Assembly: GCA_049515895.1 (NCBI GenBank)
Contig: JBEKTQ010000001.1
Span: 32,001 to 96,000, forward strand
DNA from: Candidatus Bathyarchaeia archaeon
GTDB taxonomy: Archaea > Thermoproteota > Bathyarchaeia > Bathyarchaeales > Bathycorpusculaceae
Direction of reading: 5' to 3'
DNA length: 64,000 nucleotides
A model generated the notes under the pieces. It was not told the origin of the DNA, made no database searches, and worked only from the letters and a program-made list of their open reading frames with translations. Shown one piece after another: positions 1 through 8,162 of this stretch; the stretch's first letter is position 1; every line of letters starts with the position of its first letter. Made by a program: the position numbers and the translations under genes.

Positions 1-182
1 ACTCTGCTGCTTAGATGTTATTTAGTCATAGCGTTTCTATAATTTCTATAGAGCAGATTTCTTGACTCTTAGAATTCCCATCCACAGGAGACATTGCCCG
101 CGATCCTCGCTTTTTTTTAAAATTCAGCATCGTTCTTAGCTTACGTTTCCAACTGCAAACTGACAAACCTTAAATGCAGATT

Positions 183-1160
183 CTAGTCGTCTATTGTTTC
201 AATCATGGGTTGACCGCAACGTACAGGAGCCTTTTGCTCGAAGAGTAGCGGCAAACCCACCAGTGGAATCGACAGTAGCCACAAGTTCAAGTTATGCCCC
301 AAGAACCACTCGTACCAGTTGCTCCAGGTTTGGTCTCTTCCGAAGAAAATCCATGTAAGGTAATTCCAAAGGTAGAACAAGCCCAATGCAATGGTAATGG
401 CGCCGATTGTTTTAAGTTTAAGTTTTTCCACAATTTCTGTTCCGATAGATTTTTTCGCGAAGTACGCCGTGAAAACTGTTAGTGCAAGCATGCCGATTGT
501 GGTTAAGGCGAAACTAAGCAGATTTTCTGGATAAGAAGTCAAATACTTCATTCCTTGTCGCATTACGGTTGATGCCCACAGGGCAGTGTTAGTGAGCCAA
601 AAAACCAAAATGTAAACCGTGCCCGCAATCAACCCCCACTTTATTGCCCCCTTCGCTGGCTTGTTTGGGTTCAACTCGTAGGACAGTTTAAACAAGACAA
701 CGGGAATAGAAATGGATTCTACGAGTAATGGTATTTCATTTATTAGAATGGAAGTCAAAACCGGGAGAGTCGAGATATGACTGTCAACGCGCCACATGGC
801 GAAACCTTCCGTGGAAAATAAGGGTAGAACGCCTGAAGCCAAGAGCCCCAGCCAGTAAATCGCCTCTCCAATCAACACCACCGTCAACACCTTCATTGTC
901 CTTTGTGTCGAAAGCCCTTTCTTTACAAAGTAGAGAATCGCCCCCGCGAAAGCGATGGTGCTGGCTACGAGTCTGAAAGCAATTCCAATGGTCGCTGATA
1001 TGTCTTCGACGAAAATGACGAACCTGAAGGAGCCGCTGAAAGATTCCCATTCGCCAATCCAAGAGAGGGTAAACATTGCATGGAACGTGAACAGGAAATA
1101 AGCTAAGGCGACGGTGAGGAACCCGATTTTTAGCGGCGAATAGAATTTTTTCTCGGTCAT
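183..1160 (-). CDS. Hypothetical polytopic membrane protein (~8 TM)
   Basis: 325-aa ORF with many hydrophobic segments; no family recognised. Confidence 0.8.
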   Translation of the reverse strand: MTEKKFYSPLKIGFLTVALAYFLFTFHAMFTLSWIGEWESFSGSFRFVIFVEDISATIGIAFRLVASTIAFAGAILYFVKKGLSTQRTMKVLTVVLIGEAIYWLGLLASGVLPLFSTEGFAMWRVDSHISTLPVLTSILINEIPLLVESISIPVVLFKLSYELNPNKPAKGAIKWGLIAGTVYILVFWLTNTALWASTVMRQGMKYLTSYPENLLSFALTTIGMLALTVFTAYFAKKSIGTEIVEKLKLKTIGAITIALGLFYLWNYLTWIFFGRDQTWSNWYEWFLGHNLNLWLLSIPLVGLPLLFEQKAPVRCGQPMIETIDD

Positions 1161-1415
1161 ATGTGCTTAACCAACAAATAGAAGCCTCTTCGCCTATATT
1201 GTATTAGGTTTGCAGTTCAAGCTGCCTGCCCAAATTCAGGGAAGATGGCCCATTCTTGCCTTGTTAACCATTTGTCCAGCTGTGTCAGCGAATCTGAGAA
1301 ACAAAATTTTGTTATGCTGCTAATTGATAAGCTCTGAAGTATTGAAGCGTCCGCGAAAAAAATTCCAATGACCTCGACATAACAAAGACGTTTTTTGGTG
1401 AGTTGAAAGTTACCT

Positions 1416-2531
1416 TTAAGAAAAAGCTTTAGTCTTTATTTTTTTCTTGAAAGCAATGGACAAAAGTGTTGCAATGACTAGTGAAAAGGCAGCCCATGTG
1501 GGTAACTCTGGAACTGGTGTAGTAGAGGAAGTGCTTAGATTTGTGGTGCTAAAGGGCGTGTATTGCATGTTGACGGTTGAAGCTTTCGTGAAAAGATTAT
1601 GGCCTCCCCCGATTGCGTATAAAGTATTGTTCACAACGGCTACGCTTAACCAGGCTCGATCTATCGGCATAGAGGCTCCGACTCCCCAAGAATTGTTCTC
1701 AGGAAAATACACTTGATTGGTAACTTGAGCATCTAACGGATAAGTGTCGTTGCACCCGCCCATTACATAGATTGCAGGCAGTACGCCAGCACCGTTTGTT
1801 AGGCCAGCCGCGGCGTTAGAAACGCCCATGGGAATGGCAGCGCCCAGACTCCAAGAATTTGTTTTTGTGTTGTATATTTGGGTCCGATTTGTGGTCACCG
1901 CGACTTCACCGTTGGGGTACGAACCAATTGCTTGCCCGGAAAAAATGTATATTTTGCTATCCACTACTGCAGATGTGTAGTCGGCTACTGGTGTTGGTAT
2001 TGGCGTTTTGGTAGTCCAAGAATCTGTTGCTGGGTCATAAACCTCGTTGACTGCTCCTTTGGGGTATCCGCCTATTAGATAGATTTTATTGTTAACAACG
2101 TTTGCTTGCAACTGGTAAGCCTCATCTGGCATGGGAGTTTTTGTTTCCCAAGTATTCGTTGTTGGATTGTAAACCTCGTTTTGGTTTTGTCCTATACAGT
2201 AGATTTTGTTCTGGTAAACTGCAATACCAAAGCTTGAAAGCGCAACTGGCATGGTTGCTTTTTCAGTCCAAGCATTGGTTGTTGGATCATAGGCTTCGGT
2301 CACGTTTGTACTTGCGGAGGTACCTTCGTTTCCGATGACTATGGGCACGCTGCCGCCTATTGCGTATATTACCTCGTTTACAACGGCCACTCCAAAATCT
2401 GATCGGGCCGTCGGCATTGGTGCTTTTTGAACCCAGGAATTTTCAGACTGCGCCTTCGTGAACTGAATACTAGTTAAGCATGAAGCTGTGAAACCGATAA
2501 GAATGAGGAATAAACCAAGCGTCTTCTTCAT
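1416..2531 (-). CDS. Secreted Kelch-repeat beta-propeller protein with PEF-CTERM-like C-terminal anchor
   Basis: N-terminal signal peptide; repeated Kelch motifs (IYAIGG, EVYDPATDSW, KTPMP); C-terminal PVPELP + TM helix + KKKIK. Confidence 0.9.
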   Translation of the reverse strand: MKKTLGLFLILIGFTASCLTSIQFTKAQSENSWVQKAPMPTARSDFGVAVVNEVIYAIGGSVPIVIGNEGTSASTNVTEAYDPTTNAWTEKATMPVALSSFGIAVYQNKIYCIGQNQNEVYNPTTNTWETKTPMPDEAYQLQANVVNNKIYLIGGYPKGAVNEVYDPATDSWTTKTPIPTPVADYTSAVVDSKIYIFSGQAIGSYPNGEVAVTTNRTQIYNTKTNSWSLGAAIPMGVSNAAAGLTNGAGVLPAIYVMGGCNDTYPLDAQVTNQVYFPENNSWGVGASMPIDRAWLSVAVVNNTLYAIGGGHNLFTKASTVNMQYTPFSTTNLSTSSTTPVPELPTWAAFSLVIATLLSIAFKKKIKTKAFS

Positions 2532-2878
2532 AGCTTGATCACATTATGAGGGAGGTTATGGGCCCTTATAGCTCTCCCTGCGGAACACTACCTTCTCAGA
2601 AAAAAAAGCTACTATTCCTTAGAACAAAAGCAAAATTCGAGCCTTTAGTTTTCAGTACCCTCGTATTATTTTCTAGACTACCTGGATTATCACGTTATCT
2701 ATGTTGCCGAATTCTTTGTTACGCCTCAATAGAAGCTCACCGTTCGCGAGCCCGCATCACTCTTGAAACCTAAAAAAAAGAATGTTTATGAACGGAGGTT
2801 TAGCGCAGTCACCGTACTGAAATCTTGAACCAAGAACAGGCCCGCAGTTTCAGTGGAGGCTACAAAGATTTCAAAAGA

Positions 2879-3190
2879 TTACTTCTTCAGTTCCATCACT
2901 ATGAGGTCCAATGTTGAATTTCCGATGTTCTTCACTTCATGATCTTGCGCCTCGAGGAAAAGCACCGAGCCAGTCTTAATCTCCATTTCTTGAGTCTTTC
3001 CTCCAGAATTAAACGTCGCTTTGCCGCCCTTCAATGCATAAACCACGTGATCAGGATGATGATGCATCTTCGCAACAGCACCTGGCTTAAAAACGACTTC
3101 CAGAACGCGCACTCTATCATTTTCATTGAGGCACTTGTAAACATTAGACGCCGCAACCAATGGATCCATTTCCTTCTTCACCAAAAACAT
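2879..3190 (-). CDS. Cupin domain protein
   Basis: ENDRVRVLEV..KPG...MHHHPDHVVY and HEVKNIG cupin motifs. Confidence 0.85.
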   Translation of the reverse strand: MFLVKKEMDPLVAASNVYKCLNENDRVRVLEVVFKPGAVAKMHHHPDHVVYALKGGKATFNSGGKTQEMEIKTGSVLFLEAQDHEVKNIGNSTLDLIVMELKK

Positions 3191-3635
3191 TCACCTTCCC
3201 AAGCAATAAGCCTATGAAAACATTCGCCGCCAGAAACATAAAAGATTGTGACTAACATTACACTACCACAAATAAAACAATATAAGAAATCTCGTGAACC
3301 CGATTCGAGTAAAAGCAAATTCTATGTCTTTTTTTGCCAAAATCAAGAAGAAATAATAATTCTTTCGATGACTAAATGCAATGCAATTACGGATTTTGAT
3401 CAGGTCTTCAATTGTTCTTAAAAAAAAATAAAAAAGAGAAATGAAGGTTTTTTGTAGTTGCCCAGTCAAGAGATTTTTTGAATCTACCTTTTTAGCCAAG
3501 AATGCGAATGTTTCTGATAGTTTTCTGTTTGAAAGGAAAAACTTCAAGCTCTGAAGAATTTCTAATCCATAGTTGGCATTCACAATTGATTTATGTCCAA
3601 AAGTTCTAAGATATGATCAATAGTGAGCGACCAAA

Positions 3636-4589
3636 ATGCACCGTAGTCTTAGCCAGGAGCGAAAAGCAGCGGCACAAATGTATGAAACGTCCGATGTCGT
3701 TAAAGCAACGGTTGATAGTAGGGACCCTTTCTGCGCGATGTTTGAGGAAGCTGTTGACGAGACATTTTCTTCTCTAGGTGAACCCGCAAAAAAAGCAATA
3801 TACATCCATCTGAAAAACTCGTTTGGAATTGAGAAGGGCGAAATTCCCCACAGGATCAATGATTTTTCAGATGCGCTCGAGAAGATTTTTGGACCAGCCG
3901 CCAGAAATCTGGAGATTCTCTGTATGAAAAAAATTCAAGCCAAAACTAGAATTGACTACAAGTGGGATCTGCCCGAATCGAGTGGACCCGGATTGACGTT
4001 TAAAGAATACATGCGCGTCGCTAAGCAGAAATATAAGCAGCAAGAAAGCTATCATGGAGTAGAATCAAAGAGCGCCTCCACTGAGGAAAAGCGGGTAACT
4101 CCAGTAGTTCAAGAAAAAACAGATGAAAGCAAAGTTACGTTAAAGACTGTTGACGTGATGGTCAAAAATGTAGTCACGGTTGATGAAGATGCGTCTGTCA
4201 AAGAAGCGGCTGACATTATGAACCAGTTCGAGATAGGTTCCGTAATCACTACTAGAAAACGGAAACCTATAGGCATAATTACTGAGCGAGATCTTTTGAA
4301 ACGTATAGTCTCCGAGGGCAGAGACGCAAGAAAAACTAGGGTTAAAGAAATTATGTCAACACCGTTGGTTGTTGTTTCACCCGACACAGATTTGGAAGGC
4401 GCGGCACGCTTGATGTTTAAGATGAAGATAAAGAAGCTGCCAGTGGCCGAAGAGAATCGCTTGGTGGGTTTGGTCAGCCTAACAGACATAGCTCGCGCTC
4501 AGCCAATGATAAAATTCTTGCAAGAACTTGCCGCGTCGCAACCTACGCCAAAAAGCATGCAGAAAGTCTTAAATTGCTACATTGTTTAG
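3636..4589 (+). CDS. CBS-pair protein with N-terminal NitrOD5/DUF3227-like helical domain
   Basis: C-terminal tandem CBS (GIITERDLL, KKLPV, GLVSLTDI); N-terminal EAVDETFSSLGE..F..ALEKIFG motif. Confidence 0.8.
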   Translation: MHRSLSQERKAAAQMYETSDVVKATVDSRDPFCAMFEEAVDETFSSLGEPAKKAIYIHLKNSFGIEKGEIPHRINDFSDALEKIFGPAARNLEILCMKKIQAKTRIDYKWDLPESSGPGLTFKEYMRVAKQKYKQQESYHGVESKSASTEEKRVTPVVQEKTDESKVTLKTVDVMVKNVVTVDEDASVKEAADIMNQFEIGSVITTRKRKPIGIITERDLLKRIVSEGRDARKTRVKEIMSTPLVVVSPDTDLEGAARLMFKMKIKKLPVAEENRLVGLVSLTDIARAQPMIKFLQELAASQPTPKSMQKVLNCYIV

Positions 4590-4723
4590 CGCTAAGCAAT
4601 CGTTTCCGGTAGGATTTTGACCCCCGGCTAAATGGAGATTTCACCTACAAAACCTCTTTTTCTTTTGTTGTTTCAGAGTCACAACCACACACTATTAATA
4701 ACGTGACAGCGCATTTTTAGAAG

Positions 4724-5371
4724 GTGGTGGAAATTTTGTCGGGACCGATTGATATTGTGCGTTGTCTGCATAATGCGTTTCGCCGTGATGTTTTCCAAAT
4801 TGATGATTCAGCATTCAAAATAGCCCGCGGTGGAGGGGACCCAACTTTGATTCTGAACCGGTTGGATATTATGGGTGAGGTTCTGGACTACCATGCCAGA
4901 GGCGAGGAAACTGCGGTTTTTCCCGCCGTAGACAACGTAGCGCCTCTTGTGGCAGAAGCTTACCTAATGGATCATCGTGAACTTGACAGAATGGTTGCGG
5001 GTCTTAAGGAAACTCGTAAAACGCTTGACCCTCTAACGATAGCTAGGGCAACCGCAGCTCTATCTGCACACCTGAAGATTCATCTCGACAAGGAAGATGC
5101 CCACTTATATCCAATCCTCAGAAGAAAAACTACGGAGAGCGAACAAGCCCAAATTGCTGGCTTAATGTCAAAACAGGTGCCTCCTAACAAGTTTCCCACT
5201 TTAGTTCAATGGTTTTTCCCTCTGCTTGACCTCGAAGACCAATTCGTGGTTACCAACGGCTGGATGACTTTGATGCCGCCGCAGGTTTTCGCCGCCCTCA
5301 AACCACTAATTAAGCAAAACACTTCTGAAAACTGGGTTGAATTGACTAGGAGAATTCCCCAGCTAAACTAA
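4724..5371 (+). CDS. Hemerythrin/HHE domain protein
   Basis: HNAFRR, YHARGEE..VFP, DHREL, HLDKED..LYP metal-ligand pattern. Confidence 0.85.
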   Translation: MVEILSGPIDIVRCLHNAFRRDVFQIDDSAFKIARGGGDPTLILNRLDIMGEVLDYHARGEETAVFPAVDNVAPLVAEAYLMDHRELDRMVAGLKETRKTLDPLTIARATAALSAHLKIHLDKEDAHLYPILRRKTTESEQAQIAGLMSKQVPPNKFPTLVQWFFPLLDLEDQFVVTNGWMTLMPPQVFAALKPLIKQNTSENWVELTRRIPQLN

Positions 5372-5410
5372 AAATAAATCCCAAATAATCAGGCATTGGA
5401 AGAACAGTGT

Positions 5411-5949
5411 TTAGGGCGCAGCCGCAACTTTTCGAATCTGCATTTCCTCAGTAAGCAACCAAGTTTTACCGTTATCATGTGTTTCCTCTGAACGCCATCT
5501 GAAAGACTGAGGTGTAATTTGAGAAAATATCCATTTCTCCGGGTAACTCTCGGTGGTTTGGAGTTCAAGAACAATTTCGTCATTAACTTTTTTGGCTATG
5601 AAAGTTTGTACAAGGCCTTTGAGTGGGGAGAGCCAAGTGCTACGCCACGCATCAATCTTTGGGTCATAGAATCGGATGGTTGTTCCGAAAAGCGTCATCT
5701 TTTGGGAGACTTCTCGGCAGCCCATCCATCCTGTATGGCTGTGCCGCCTAAAATCCATCCAAAGTGAACTTCTCCCCTCATCTTGACCCATGTTCCATCT
5801 GCTTGAATATACCGAGCTTCTGAGATTTCCCAGTCGCCGACAAACTGGCCGAACAACATCAATTTCTCTTTCAAAGGTAAGTCAGGGCCATCGGCGCCCA
5901 GACCTTTGATCGTCCACACATTGTTTGATTCTATGGGCTTGTTGACCAT
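5411..5949 (-). pseudogene. Frameshifted DUF1579-like (lipocalin-type beta-barrel) gene
   Basis: ORF 5695-5949 (LFGQFVGDW..GEVHFGWILGGTAIQD) continues in another frame (GTTIRFYDPKIDAWRSTW..FRWRSE); shift near 5722-5731. Confidence 0.7.
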
Positions 5950-6133
5950 TCGAGATCACTGCTCTAATCATAAGAATACTGACCTAAAAAGAAAATGAGT
6001 TTTGCAGTAAAGACAAAGATTGAAAGTGAGGGGTTTAAGTTGGCGGCGGACCAGTTGAGCGATTGTGGTTGTGGTTATGCAGTCACAGAGTCTTAAAGGT
6101 AGGTCTTTACAAAAATAGGAACGGTGTCTTACA

Positions 6134-6418
6134 TTGGAAAAAAGCATGATGAAATATCAAGTTTTAGTCAAAACGATTTCAGGAAAGGGCGGCGAGTTTT
6201 GGGAAGTGTTCCAAAAGATGCCTACCGAGCCGATGAAAGGAGTAATGGTCGAGTCTTCTTGGAGCTTGTTCGGATACTGGGATTTCGTCATTTTCTTCAA
6301 AGCGGACAGCAATGAAAATAGCCTGCACTTCGTAGGCGAGGTCTTACGAGCGATACCTGGCATCGCCGAAACTAGCACGTCACCCATGACCATTCTCAAA
6401 GAGCACAAGAAGCAATAG
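6134..6418 (+). CDS. Stand-alone Lrp/AsnC ligand-binding (RAM) domain protein
   Basis: LFGYWDFVIFFKADS...LRAIPGIAETSTS pattern; start could be ATG 6146. Confidence 0.7.
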   Translation: MEKSMMKYQVLVKTISGKGGEFWEVFQKMPTEPMKGVMVESSWSLFGYWDFVIFFKADSNENSLHFVGEVLRAIPGIAETSTSPMTILKEHKKQ

Positions 6419-6529
6419 GCAACTGTCTTTGCTGTGGTTTCTCACTTTCTTTTTCTTTAAAGTGCATCACGCCTCAAGCCTTGAGTTTCAATAGTTTAAA
6501 ATTAGTATTTCAAAAGAAAAAAAATGAAT

Positions 6530-7009
6530 TCATTTTCCGGTTTCAAACCATCTTTGGAGGTTTGTTTTCTTGATCGCTTTGTATACGGGGTATCCAATGA
6601 CTGTTGATGCAATAAGGTTTCCAACCAAAACATAAGCGAATTCGGCTATTAGTGGTAATCCGTATACGTAACTGAGCATGGCGCCGACAGTGCCTCCCAA
6701 TACTATGGAGTACATTACTGTTCCCGCGATTACGCTTCGGTTCCTTAATTTCCAGATTGCAAAAGCCATGAGGAAGCTAGGAATTGTATTCAGCAAATCA
6801 ATCCAGCCAAGAGGACTAAAGATGTTTGAAATGAAGACTCCAAGCGCGTGTCCAAGTATTCCCGCCCAGCCAAATATCGGAACCAAAGCCACCATCGCGT
6901 CGGCTAACCGCACCTGTACAGGTCCGTAACTAAATGGTCCCAACACGATGACCAGCGCAGCGTAAAGAGAGGCGTAGACTACAGCTACCGCTATCGTTTT
7001 AGTTTTCAT
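6530..7009 (-). CDS. queT: QueT family 7-deazaguanine precursor transporter
   Basis: YAALVIVLGPFSYGPVQVRLADAM and LGVFISNIFSPLGWID signature; ATG at 7009 directly after queC. Confidence 0.85.
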   Translation of the reverse strand: MKTKTIAVAVVYASLYAALVIVLGPFSYGPVQVRLADAMVALVPIFGWAGILGHALGVFISNIFSPLGWIDLLNTIPSFLMAFAIWKLRNRSVIAGTVMYSIVLGGTVGAMLSYVYGLPLIAEFAYVLVGNLIASTVIGYPVYKAIKKTNLQRWFETGK

Positions 7010-7014
7010 CTTTT

Positions 7015-7776
7015 TCACCGAGCGTACTTGCTCGGATCCTGTATTTCTGCGAGTGCAAAAGCTTCCTTTCTCCGTCGGCAGTTGCTGCAGAATCCACAAT
7101 GTACTGGTTCACCTTTTTCGGTCCAATCCCATCCTTGATAACAGCTATACGTGTATAGGTAGTTGACGCCCAACGCCTTTCCTAAGGCAACGACGCCGTC
7201 CTTGTCGACTTCAAGCAAGGGAGCTGAGATTTTGTATCCTCCGAAGTGCGTCGCATGCGCAACGAGTCGATTCATCTCTGCGACGAATTCTGGAGTGTTG
7301 TCCTTCATCGCGACGGGGCCTTCTCTTCTGATTCCTATGTAAACGTCGTAGATGTCGCGTTCCTTTGTCTTGATGTAGCTGTCTAGATCGAAGTGTTCTG
7401 CATGAGCCAGCCCGATAGTCAGCAGCATTGTGTTGCGAACGACATCCCACCAGCGAAGGATCCTGTTTCTTGCTTTTTCAGCATCCCAAATGTCTTCTTT
7501 GGGCGTCTCTGGCACAGGAACGTCGTCTTTGACCAGTAAGCTTGTGGAAAGCTCTTTCATCCATGAGATGTCGATTTCTTTGTAAGTGGCCTTGAAGCCT
7601 TGTTTTTCTAAATCTTCAACTGCTTTCTTGACGCACCAGCGCTCCTCCTTGACCATCCTTTGACCGTAATCGGCATTTATGACCAAGATGGGGTTAGCGC
7701 GAATGACTTTAGCAACGTAATAGAGAGCTGTGACGGAATCAACGCCTCCGCTGCACAGTATCACCGCTTTCCTCAT
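7015..7776 (-). CDS. queC: 7-cyano-7-deazaguanine synthase QueC-like protein
   Basis: PP-loop CSGGVDS, YGQR, RN, SCY and CGxCxxCxxR Zn motif; SD GAGGTGA. Confidence 0.85.
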   Translation of the reverse strand: MRKAVILCSGGVDSVTALYYVAKVIRANPILVINADYGQRMVKEERWCVKKAVEDLEKQGFKATYKEIDISWMKELSTSLLVKDDVPVPETPKEDIWDAEKARNRILRWWDVVRNTMLLTIGLAHAEHFDLDSYIKTKERDIYDVYIGIRREGPVAMKDNTPEFVAEMNRLVAHATHFGGYKISAPLLEVDKDGVVALGKALGVNYLYTYSCYQGWDWTEKGEPVHCGFCSNCRRRKEAFALAEIQDPSKYAR

Positions 7777-7895
7777 GTTTTCACCTCACAAAAGGACAAA
7801 GAATACAGAAATCGTTGGGCTAAAATTTTGATTTGGACCATGCGCAAAATGGCAAAAGCATTCGATATTGCATTTTCTGTTTTTTCGTTTTTCAA
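7773..7895 (-). CDS. Putative 40-aa leader peptide (uORF) coupled to queC
   Basis: GGAGG 7 nt before a TTG; its TGA overlaps the queC ATG (ATGA). Confidence 0.4.
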   Translation of the reverse strand: MKNEKTENAISNAFAILRMVQIKILAQRFLYSLSFCEVKT

Positions 7896-7902
7896 ATTTT
7901 TT

Positions 7903-7959
7903 CCTCCTACTCCGGGTTTTATTATGGCGGAACGGATGGAGGCCCACTCACCCGCCATG
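7903..7959 (-). promoter_or_regulatory. Candidate riboswitch-like leader RNA (hairpin plus anti-SD pseudoknot)
   Basis: Stem AUGGCGG/CCGCCAU; loop CCUCCAUCCG complementary to downstream CGGAGUAGGAGG; A-rich linker AAUAAAA; TATA-like TTTAAAAA at 7991-7984. Confidence 0.5.
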
Positions 7960-8162
7960 TTTTCAGATGTTACAGAAGGGGCATTTTTAAACTTTGGGTT
8001 CAGGGGATTGGAATGGTTCAATGATTAAGTTGGGAAAGTATTGTCTGTGATGGGCGGAAGGGTCTGAACTGTGATGGCATTAGATTTTGATGAGATTATT
8101 CATTGCTTTTAAAAACTAAAAAAAGAGAAAGGAAAGGTTTTGTTATTCCCTTAATTCCTTAC

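Noticed and set aside
3263-3583. 106-aa minus-strand ORF
   Set aside because: AT-rich, Phe/Lys-biased promoter region; likely spurious
7903-7959. Fluoride (crcB) riboswitch identity for the queC leader
   Set aside because: Lacks the GAUG..(G)CC..AAAC..GCUGAUG consensus on either strand
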